DNA from: Utricularia gibba
Lineage: Eukaryota > Plantae > Magnoliophyta
Direction of reading: 5' to 3'
Assembly: GCA_002189035.1 (NCBI GenBank)
Contig: NEEC01000016.1
Location: 2,542,001 to 2,606,000, forward strand
DNA length: 64,000 bases
Shown: in pieces, positions 53,461 to 64,000 of the stretch
How positions within the stretch are numbered: the stretch's first letter is position 1
Layout: every line of letters starts with the position of its first letter
Translations under genes and position numbers: made by a program
The notes under the pieces: generated by a model
The model's database searches: none
Seen by the model: only the letters and a program-made list of their open reading frames with translations
Told to the model about the DNA's origin: nothing

Positions 53461-53584
53461 GTGCAACCCCCAGCCCTTGCGCATATGCAGCAGCACCACG
53501 AGGCCACATGGGCTTGGTTTATGCCCGCGTGCTAGAGCAGCAGGCACAAGGCCATACGGTCGTGGAACAAAGCAAACAATCAAA

Positions 53585-53710
53585 AGCCATCGGGTTTAAC
53601 CCGTTCGGGTTGAACAGAAAAATAACCCCATGGGTCATGCAAACTGTAATACCCAGAATTTCATCGGGTTGGGTCCGAACCTGAATGGATCCAACCCAGG
53701 CCCATCTCTA
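53585..53710 (-). mobile_element. hAT-like MITE end fragment
   Basis: Minus-strand terminus TAGAGATGGG followed by CGGGT/ACCCG motifs; only one end seen. Confidence 0.4.
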
Positions 53711-53963
53711 ATCATAATCATATGATATATGTTTATTAAATTATAAATAATTGAAATATATTATTTATTAAACCGTAGGATAACTATATTAGTTGAAATA
53801 TATTATTTATATTTTTTGAGAGTCTTGGCGAAGGGATCTGGCGAGGGGTGCCCCAGGGATCGCCAGGTGCAAGGAATGGCGGTGTGGCGAAGTAGGAATG
53901 CACCCTTAACCACGTTCCTAACCCACCCCCATGATGATTGGGACACCAGCGCGGAGAGTTAGG

Positions 53964-55145
53964 TGTCGCGACCTTCACCCTAGACGCTAAGGCCATTACC
54001 TACACCTAACTCTCCGCGCTAGTGACCCAATCATCATGGGGGTGGGTTAAGAACGTGGTTAACGGTGCATTCCTCCTTCGCCACACCGCCATTCTCTGCA
54101 CCTGGCGATCCCTGGCGGCACCCCTTGCCAGATCCCTTCGCCAAGACTCTCAAAACAGTACAAGTAACGAAACAGTGATCTTATTAAGCCACAAGGATCC
54201 AAGTTCCACACAAGGCAGCAAGCCTAGGCGCACGGCGCCACAACGTAAGGAAAAACGAGCACAACCAGCAAGGAAATAACACTATCTCACAAAAGGGAAA
54301 ATAAGGCAGCAAGCCTCGCCACTCAGCCATCAACCCACATTCTATCGATCACGCCTCACTCCACATCCGCCTCTGCTGCACCCGCCTCGCCATCAGCCAC
54401 GCCACCTACATAAGAAAGAGTAAGGGAAGTCAGTCCTATATCGCACGGCTCCCTCCCTAGGCCTAGACTACTCATATTCACGATGTTTCCCCTCCACACG
54501 AAGCATCACTTCTGCTCACACACGCTGCCCCTACGAGGCATCTCCGTAACTTCTCGTATCAGCTCGATGCCCATCCTAGGCATCTCTGATGTTCTCGTAA
54601 TCGATCCGAACACCTTCCCATACGGAATCCCACACGTTTGGCCCCTCTCCCACTGAGCACAAGTGCTCAGTGTTGCCGCCATGACCGTAGTTCGATGGCC
54701 CCGCTTATTGCTCGCATGGCCTCACGATCCGCGGCTTCGCCGCGTTGACATTGGGGTGCACTCCCCAATCCCGCCGTAGCTCACAACCCCTTGATCACAC
54801 AGCGAGGACTTTCAAGAAACCAGAACCATGTCTCCACACACGAAGTTAGCTTCCACCAATCTGTCCCGTAGGACAATTCAACCATAAAGCCCTTACCTTT
54901 GCGCGATTTCTGTCCTCCTCCCGCGGCTGCCGTCTCTCTTAGTTGGTTCTCCTCTACCCAGGGTTCTAGTTCCTCTACTAATACTCGCAGCTGCCCTTTA
55001 TCGGGTCTACCCTAAGTCCGTCGGGCCTACCCGAACCCCTAAGGGCTGTTTCGCTAGCACCCTCACCTTGTTAAGGTCAGTCTCCTGACCCTCGCTGTGC
55101 CCACATCCAAGCTGCTGTCCTGAGGCCTGGGTCGGGGGTGTTACA
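53964..55145 (-). mobile_element. Tekay-like LTR #3
   Basis: Plus-strand termini TGTCGCGACC...GGGGGTGTTACA; homologous along its length to 37181-38384. Confidence 0.72.
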
Positions 55146-57021
55146 ACAAGGCCACACGGGCGTGGTTTACGCACAACCCATGCCCGTGTGCCCTTGCAAT
55201 GTAAACAGGATCCAAATTGGTCCTAAGGATCGACCGTTAATACAAATTTAAAATAAATCATATCCACTCGATTCGAATCATATCTAAAGATCAAAAGCTA
55301 ATAAAAATATTAAAACAAAAAATATACGCTCGATCCGAATCATATCTTAGAATCGAATGCAAATAGAAATATTAAAATAAAAAATATACACTCGATTGGA
55401 ATCATAACTAACGATCGAATGATAATTAAAATTATTAAAATAAAAATGCACACTCCATCCAAAGTATAACTAAAGATCGAATGCTAATAAAATTAAAAAA
55501 GTAAGAAACCTTCACATGTATTATATGGTTTACTAAATTCTCCATTTCTTCATTTTTTTAGGTTTTTGTCATTGTACTTAACTAATTACTTCTACTACTC
55601 AATGACGTAAAATAAGTGTACTACGTAAACTAATATTAGATATTTAAAATTAGAGATATTTTATGTAATTACCTATACTACATTTGTATAATATTGTACA
55701 TCATAACACTCAAATCATTATAGTTTTTCATTTTCTATGTCTTTGACCAGTAGTCTTATCCTCAAAACAATTACAAATAAAAAATATTTAAGTTTGAAAT
55801 TCTTATTAAGAAGTTCCATTGTGTTTAAAAAAAGGTCTTTGTGTAAGGTTTACAAGCTAATATCTTGTCTTGGTTGTTAATATGTTTTGAGGAATAATGG
55901 TTTGTCCATAATATAAAATTCCAATATAATAAAATACTATCAATAACCAAAAGGTTTCACTAAAACAAATAACTACAAGGCATATGCACCAAGAAATCTT
56001 ATCATTTGCTAATTTTTCATTGCAATAAGCAATCAATCCACTCTTTGGCTAAATAGTTTTATATAATTTCAAAATATATTTTTATAATTTTTCAGTGCTG
56101 TTTTTATCTACTTAATACCTCAATCTTCTGACTTTTTTAGGCAGAATTAAGGTTGCATAATATTACTACATATGATGACGCGAATGATGATGATGATTCA
56201 CACATTACTTGAAGTAGTATACTGATCTCCTATCATGTTATCATTGGTGTTGAGATTTTTAAATGTTTTAATTTAATATGAAGTACTAATTGCATTCTAG
56301 TGATTCATGTGCAAACAGGGCAAATACCTCAACTTTTTTATTTCCTTTACAATTTACCCTACTTTTATAAATATTTTGCTAATCATCAAAAAAATTAGAT
56401 TTTTTTTATATTTTACCTCAACAATATATTTTGAATTTGGAATGTAACATTTCAATTTTAATAGGTTTTAATATTTACGATTTAGTTTTTTTATTTTATT
56501 TTGGATTTAAGTTTTAAAATTTAATGATTTCTTTTGATACATGAATATTATAAATACTCACTTGTCTTATATAATAATTTCTTTTGATATACAATATATA
56601 TTAATAATAAATTTTTTATATAATCTAATTTTGATATTCCATCGTATCATATGTTTGATATTTATACATGAAATTAATTTCATTTTTTTATCTTTAATAT
56701 AATATTGAAATTGTTTTAACAAAAACAATGTATCACATTTTATTATTCTTATTATTAGATTTTGAAATACTTTAAATTACAAACATGTTATATATAAGGT
56801 AAAACGCTAATCAAACACTTCTGACAAGGGTAAAACGACGAAGGAAGTGATTCACAAACAATAAATGTTTTTGAATAATAAGGGTTCAACCTGGTGTGAG
56901 AACATGAGCATCGTCGTGTGAGAACCTGAGCATGGAGAGAGAGGCGAAGGACAAGTCATTAATCATCTACTTTCAAGTGCAAGTCACCAAAAAACAAAAA
57001 AAAAAACTGTAGATGACGAGT

Positions 57022-59694
57022 CTAACTCGTTACGGGTCGGGTAGAGGTTTGACCCATGACAGGTCGACCCGTCTGAATCCGCCCAGTACATATTGACCCG
57101 ACGAGTTCACCGTCGGGACTCGACCCGTGCCCTGCATTAGTCTGTCCTCCTGTCTTTGCCTTTTTTTTCTTCTTTTTCATGCCTACAGTTTCACTACCAA
57201 TTCCATTAGACTCCACTTTTGCTGCTTCATCTTCCTCTGCATCTCGTTTTCGCTTCTCTTTCTTTTTCTTCTTCTCAGTTGCGGGCTTGTCCTCCTCAAC
57301 ATTCCCCCCCTTCACTGGTTCAGTTGCCTCCCCATTCTCTGCATATTGTGGATATCAAAACAAATGGGGGTTAGGATAAAAATATGTCCACCTGCTAATG
57401 TTAATGAAAAGGGATCAACCAACAAACGGCTGCCTGCATCAAGTAATAGTTTCAAAGAGAGTAATCAAAACCTTTAATATCGACAGTTTTTAGAGCAGAC
57501 ACCATCACGTCAATATTCTTCCTAGGAGCAACACCGTTGTCATAAAAGTCTAATCGCTCCTCCACTTGTTCCCGTAGCTTCTCTCCAAAAGCATTTGTAT
57601 TCTTCTCTGTGATACAGATGCATATTTATCTACACGGTTAATTCGTTACACATGAGATCTAATAAACAATTCAGAGAGGGAATGCCTAGTTACCCAAGAA
57701 ACAGTCAATACGAGACGCAATGGAGCATTTGTTGGCAAGATAACGAGCCATGCGTCCTTTATTTCGAGCAGCTGCCCGACCAATGAATGAAGAGTGAAAA
57801 ATAAGTCCATATTTTGGAGTGTTCCCATGTGTTTTTAATGCCCTGGAGATAACAAAGAAAACATACATTAAAAAAAAAAAACCATGTATCAATAGCAGCC
57901 AAGAAGAAATAGGCACCTTGAGAAATATACCTGAACAGAGCTTTCTCTGCACCAAGAATCTGAAGAGTTGATGAGGGGCACTTGGCCAAGTTCGTAAGAC
58001 TACCAGCATGTGAAATTAAACGGGCACCAACTACTTCACCAATCAATGCAGCCAAATTGGGGGCTATATCATTCATTTTGGTAACCAAATAGTCATGAAG
58101 CTTCTTTCTGTACTCGGCAAGGTCCATCACCCTCTGTGCAAATAGCTTTACATTAATTAAATCGACGGGTGAGAGATCCTGACCTGACAATAGAAATCCA
58201 TGTAAGCATAGATCCATGGTAGACAACACAATATAGACGGCATGACAATCATAAGCAATGACCTATACATGGCACATCTTAACAAACATACCCATGGATG
58301 CTTTGGCAGCTTCTGTGATTTCCCTTGCCATGTCTTCATCCCCAACTATGTCTGTGAGACCTGATAAATGGTCTTCCGACAACTTAGATTTGTCCTCCAC
58401 ATACTTTGCAACTTTTGCGTACAAATAATTGTCGGTGACAATTTTCACTAACTCGGGAAAATGCCAAGAGTACCATTCCCTATAAAAATCATGATAGAAT
58501 GCATTGATACAGTCCACCAAACATAAAGCACAACTACACTAGACATCCAATACCAGTACAAAATGAAGTATAGTTAATGCCTTTGATGCAACTGCAATTA
58601 TGCAGACAGCATCATGAAAGGAAAGCACCAACCTTATTCTCATCGAAAAGGAATTGACGTCCTTATCTAGGGTGTCCAATAAAAAAATCGCCTGAATAAT
58701 CATATTGTCCACACGATTCACATTAAACTTGACCTTTGCCCTGCTATAGCTGTGCCCTAGACCAAGTTGTGCTTTCTCTAAATCTCCAGGCTGCCGTTGT
58801 TCAACACAAAGCAATACGAAAAGTATAAATGGATAAAATATACCCTTGAAAATTAGCTCAATATACAGAAAAAAGTGGCCAACCTTTAAGTTTTTGATGA
58901 ACTGAGCAAAGTGTAGCCGAATTCCTCGGATAATCTCCAGAATAAACTCATTGCTTTGGCATGGAATTTTAGTCACTTCATAAACATGTGATCCCAGCTT
59001 CGGCTCTGCAACTCCAAGGCTGAATTTTTGTTTCTTGCTCTCCTTCACTTTAGGCAAATTTAACGCCAAGAAACTCCTTAATTCAGGTGTCATCTGACCT
59101 AGCCACCCAAAAAGGAATACCACGTAGGCACAGTTAATATGTACTCAAAACCATATGTACAGCAATTGATATGCATGCTGTATATTCCCACATTAAGCTA
59201 GCAGAATCTTTAGTTACAGTACAGTTCCAGGCATATTACTAAATTAAATGGAAATATCTGCAATAACGGGGCACGAGTCCACCTTCAACCATAATGGTAC
59301 ATGGAAAAAAAAATATCAGTATTGATGAGGAGAAAGGAAAGCACGTAATATTCAGAACCTGTAAACACGGCATTCATTTCCAAACAAGCACGTAATATTC
59401 AAAACAAGCATGCTTAGAATATAGAAAAACCAACTCTTGCTCCTTGAAGTTTACTAAGTTCTTATTCAAGTTTAGCCTTTGGAACCTACCTTCAGAGACT
59501 GCATTGCACTGGTTAAGAGCGTCGAGCGCGGATGCGAAGGGACTAAAGGCAACCAAATTCACCACCTTTCCAAAACGATTCAGGTCCGCAATAGACCCGC
59601 GAACAGCTTCTGTATTCTGACTGATTTCATCAATCTCCTTAGCCACGAACAAGGAGTATCCCGAGGCTGACTCGTACAGCACGTACAGCGCCAT
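57022..59694 (-). CDS. NOP56: Nucleolar protein 56 (box C/D snoRNP core). Predicted exons 59694-59490, 59098-58884, 58790-58633, 58479-58292, 58183-57931, 57842-57694, 57606-57472, 57338-57022; ~539 aa
   Basis: [14 protein letters not shown]-terminus, [44 protein letters not shown] (Nop domain) and a KKE tail. All seven introns are GT-AG and phase-consistent. The last exon boundary is less certain. Confidence 0.93.
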
Positions 59695-59844
59695 CGACGA
59701 CGGCCCGAGAAGGCAGTGGCTTACTGGAGGCTGCGGTGTCCTGTCAGCGAATGATGGAGCAGCGAAGATCCGGGAAGTCTCAACTCGCGAAGAAGAACGC
59801 CGCACACCTCTGCTCCCTCCAGGAGAAGCAGCCCTCGATTAGAC

Positions 59845-62800
59845 TGTGAGAAAGGCCTTAACATCCTTGGGCCTCAACACTCAAGACAGCTGGCCCTTGA
59901 TGACTGGACGACGCCCTACATTCGGTATTTACAAAATGGGAAAACCCCATCTGATAAGCCGAAAGCCCGACAGTTAGAGACTAGAGTGAATAGGTATACG
60001 TTAGTGAATGGAATTCTCTATTGTAAATCCTTAGATGGACATTTATTGAGGTGCATTGGGGCAAAGCATTCTCAAGAACTCATAGCCGATCTATATGAGG
60101 GTGAATGCGGCAGCCATATTGGAATACGATCCTTATGCCGGAAAGTTATAAGAACCGGGTACTACTGGCCAACTATGAAGCAGGATATTACTGATATGGT
60201 GAAGAAGTGCAAAGTGTGCCAATACCATGCAAGTATACCAAGAAAACCAATAAGCAAACTGACCTCTCTCCCACTCTCCTGCCCCTTCGACCCATGGGGG
60301 GTGGATATAATGGGGCCTTTCCCCCACACCTCGGGTCAAAGAAAATTCGTCATCGTGGGTGTCGAGTAGAGGCTGAAGCCGTGGCAAAGATCTCGGAGGA
60401 GACCGTTATCCGATACCTGTGGAAAAACATCTTCATCCGATTCGGAATCCCTCAAGAGCTAGTGACTGATAACAGAACTCAATTCGTCGGAGGAAAAACG
60501 GATGCATTCCTGGATAAGTATTCGGCCAAGCACAACTTCACCTCAGTATATCACCCGCAAAGTAATGGCCTCACAAAGGAAACGAACCGAACGCTCCGAC
60601 TAGGTATGAAGACTAAGCTCGAAGATTTTGGGGGGTCATGGGCAGATCGCTTAGATGAGGTACTGTGGTCATATCGCACTACCCCTCGAACCACCACAGA
60701 AGAGTCCTCATTCTTATTGGTTTACGGTTCAGAAGCCATATGCCCTATCGAACTGACCTTGAAGAGCTACCGGGTAGAGCATTATAACAAAGAAGAGAAT
60801 ACTAACCTCCGAAAACTGGAATTGGAGCTATTGGAAGAGAAGCGACGAAGCATCTATAGTCGACTAGGGGCTTATCAGAGAAGAACGGAGAAGAGTTACA
60901 ACAACTCGGTATCCCCAAGGGAATTCTCCGAGGGAGATTTGGTGCTCCGAAGCATCCAACCACAAAGACACGTCGGAAAATTAGACCGCAACTGGGAAGG
61001 CCCTTATCGGATTTCAAGGGTGATCGGAAAAGGTGCATATCGCCTGGAACAAATAGATGGCGTGGAACTCCCAAGGTCGTGGAATGCATCGCATCTAAGG
61101 AAGTTCTCTGCCTAACCGACTCAATATCAATCTCTGTCACAGGATTCGGCATTCTCTTCCCCAAAACACTCATGCACCTATAAATTCCTCCGAAATGGAG
61201 ATGGGAAAACAAAACACAAGCCTTGGCTGAATCGCGTAAGCCCAGGCAGACCATCAAAGATCTAAAGCTCTGGCCAAGTAACGTAAGCCCAGGCGAATCT
61301 CCTAAATCGGAGTCCCCTGTGGGATACATCAAATCGACTCGGGGTCTCCCTCGATATATATATGTGTGATCCACCAACCCAGGCGTCAATAGCAAGAATA
61401 AGCCCTGGTACGATTCGGGCATCGGTTTATGTAAACCGCACGCGTAAGCCCCGAAAAGCCCTTAAGTATTGACCTTATTGTCGGAATCTCGAGACGGCAA
61501 GAGCACTCGAAGCAAATCCACCCATGTTCAAAACAATGGGGTGTGGCTAGAAGAGGGCCCTTTCGGATTGGGGAAGTCACTCAACCCATGAGCGGTTCCG
61601 ACCTACTTCCCAAGCAGCAGTTCAGCTTGCATGAGGAAATACTAAGGCAAACTAAAATCAAAAAGCCCAACCAAAGGGTTGGCGAGGAGGCACCCACCCC
61701 CAGATCACAAAAGCATAGGCGAATCTCCAAGTCTAAGCACGTAATAGACACAACAAACCAACTCAGGCTTCCCTCGAAATGTGACGTCACCAAAGGCAAA
61801 AGTGATGCGCAAAAAACAGAGTAAATTAGAAGGAAACCCCGAACCGGAAGACCAAAATTATCCAAAAAGCCCCACAATAGGGGAAAAACATCAAGTCAAA
61901 AATTACTAAAGTACAGGAGGGGATGGGAGATTCTCGGGAGGATTGGCAGAGGAACCGGTATGCTGTTCCATCCTTGCCCTCAGCTTGGCGTCGTTCTCTC
62001 ACCCTATCCTCGCTCGAATCAGCGCAATCAGCCGCTCCCGATCAGCTTCGAACCCGAATTCCGGGGCTTAGAAAGTATCCGCGATAACATCAAGCATGTT
62101 CTCATCCTTCGTCAAGGGGTTCACCCTGTCGAAGTGCGGATCCATGATTGAAAGCCTGAATTCCCGGCTGAACTGTCGCCTCTGGCGGTATAGAAGTAAT
62201 CCGATTAAGTCCCCTGCATAGATATTGGAGAGTTCGGCAAAACAGGCTGAGTTAACAAAGTCATCCAGAAGACCCCGCCGAGATGCTTGTTGATCAAGTA
62301 ATTTGGCCTCCAGTGTCGAAACGCGACCCCTGGCTTGCTCTAGCTCTTCTTCTGCCTCCTCAAATCAGACTTTGAAGCCTTCTCTCTCCGATTTGGCATT
62401 GTCAACTGCCTTTCCCATCTCCTCAACCACATTCCGCAACTCTTCCTCCTGGCGGGTGCGTTTCCCTAAGACGGTCATCAGTGAACTCTCCTCCTCCTCC
62501 AACAACTTCATCTAGGCGTTCTGAGCCTCAAAGAAGCCCAAAACCCTAGAACGAGGCAGGAGTCAAGAAGGGGGAAGGACTTAGAATGACAAGGGGACCC
62601 GTCAAAAATCCCAGAAAACCGAACGGAAAAAGCGAAGAACCGAATGATACCTGGAAAATTGGCGGTTTCCGACGGATATCACGACGATCGAGCGGCGGAT
62701 GAGTGTGACGGAGCACGGAGGGCACAAAACTCTTGAAGGCAATAGAGAGGGCAAAGGAAAGAACTGACGTGAAGGGCGCTTATTTATACGGGAAAGGTTA

Positions 62801-63360
62801 GGGAGAGGAAGCGTCGTGACGTTTGAGGTACCCAGAATGAGCGGGAAAAAACGTGGCGTGCCAAGGGTAAATTTGATCCCCCGATTTACCTCGAGAAGGG
62901 ATAATATTGACGAATCAGAGGGGCTGAATGATAGGGGATAAATCGGTCAAGGGTAATCGGTTCCTAAAAGGCTGCCAAAAGAGATCCTAAGGGGATAACG
63001 CTAGGTGACAAATTATCTTTTGTCAAAAATCTGACAAGTATGGCCATATGACAAAATCTGAAAAGCGGCCAAATTACGGCATAACGGGTGGTCGATATCT
63101 GAAAAGCGAGATCCTATAGTAGGTGCAGTAGGCAACCGATATTTGCATGTGTCAGGGTTCAATCAGGATAAGCTCTCCTATAAATAGACGGAATTATGAC
63201 GAAAAGCAAGTTGGACAAAAAAAGATTTCATCAATTTGTATTCTCCTCATCACGACCTCCATCTAGTGAAGCTCTTCTCCGGCGAGCTCTGGCAGCTCCG
63301 TAGTTTTTCCGCCTTCCGACGGTTTCCACGTAAAAAATCCTTGCTCACTCTTATTCTAAT
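59845..63360 (+). mobile_element. Tat-lineage element, 5'-truncated: integrase, 3' region, PPT, partial 3' LTR
   Basis: YEGECGSH...WGVDIMGPF...VTDNRTQF...NWEGPYRI. PPT AGAGGGGCTGAA at 62917-62928, LTR from 62929. Confidence 0.9.
62781..62788 (-). promoter_or_regulatory. putative TATA box of the Tat antisense promoter
   Basis: TATAAATA in a context alignable with 31893-31900 of the other Tat copy. Confidence 0.5.
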
Positions 63361-63671
63361 GTAATCGGCGGTTTACATTATTTATATTTTAATAAACATA
63401 TATCACATGATTATAAAAATATTTTTTTTGTCATTGTAGAAAGCTCATCACGCCACGCACACCACCCTCGAGAGGTTTCAACAGCTGTTATGAACTCACA
63501 ACCCCTTGCTCAGCAGATTCAGTAAAATTCTCTAACACTTGGGCTTCCAACGGATCATATCCCATATTCATTCATACGAAATTGTGCAAGAATAATGTGA
63601 CTTTGAGTTTGAACTAGATAGTAGGACGCTGATCGAAGAATGGCCCATCGAGTCTCTAAAATTGGCCGTCC

Positions 63672-64000
63672 TCGCTCAACAAATGTGGGGTGCACGTGAC
63701 ATCTCAATTTCAACAAATGCATCATGATTTTCGTCGAGTGGGCCCATGAGCCCGTCCGAACCCGGGGCCCGGGCCAAGGGCCCCTCGAGAGCGCCCGCCT
63801 CAATACGAGGAGGTGTTCCTTCAAAAACCATATACGCGTCTCGTCACAACCCAACGTTAATAAATGCATCACTTTTTTTGGCGCGCTACTGCTGACTTTG
63901 GGCCCGAGTTCGGCACGACCTTCGGCCCGATCAGGGTGCCCCCCCGAGAGCTCCTCCTTAAGTATAAAGTGTGTTGTTGAAAAAAACGGTGTGCGGTTCT
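63672..64000. repeat. ~155-bp satellite array 3, runs off the window end
   Basis: AAATGC anchor at 63715 and 63862; same monomers as 52990-53460. Confidence 0.85.

Noticed and set aside
56172-56225. Box C (ATGATGA) and box D (CTGA)-like motifs near NOP56
   Set aside because: Only ~54 nt, inside a TGA microsatellite in AT-rich DNA, with no terminal stem or recognisable rRNA guide.
59099-59489. Possible intronic snoRNA in NOP56 intron 1
   Set aside because: No convincing C/D or H/ACA boxes; only a 16-bp local duplication (TGAATATTACGTGCTT).
59860-59900. TGGGCC (site II-like) motif upstream of NOP56
   Set aside because: A single 6-mer within Tat coding sequence, expected by chance, with no accompanying telo-box seen.
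63420-63670. Possible gene fragment next to satellite array 3
   Set aside because: Stops in the frames examined and no recognisable motif.
757-64000. Numerous 60-130 aa ORFs antisense to or overlapping TE genes, LTRs and satellites
   Set aside because: Shadow frames of pol or repeat translations; their recurrence simply follows the duplications.

Overview
Plant genomic window, probably pericentromeric, that is almost entirely nested and recombined LTR retrotransposons. It holds a Ty1/copia family (Ivana/Ale-like, ~320-bp LTRs) and Ty3/gypsy Athila, Tat, CRM and Tekay-like sequences. There are short arrays of a ~155-bp satellite and one intron-containing host gene (NOP56, minus strand, ~57.0-59.7 kb). 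The first 31.7 kb is a triplication: 1-10083 is the reverse complement of 16535-26504, and 10884-20482 is directly repeated at 22183-31675. A 4.8-kb copia palindrome lies at 44160-48944. The most unusual signals are: (i) three insertions of one Tekay-like LTR family at the same base of a small GC-rich repeat, in both orientations; (ii) the palindrome CTTGCGCAAG written repeatedly into one Athila pol in two reading frames and into an Athila LTR; (iii) the copia palindrome, a candidate hairpin-RNA silencer; (iv) a Tat antisense promoter and splice donor aimed at an apparently promoterless NOP56. All alignments were done by eye, so boundaries marked ~ are approximate and family names come from recognised motifs, not database searches.
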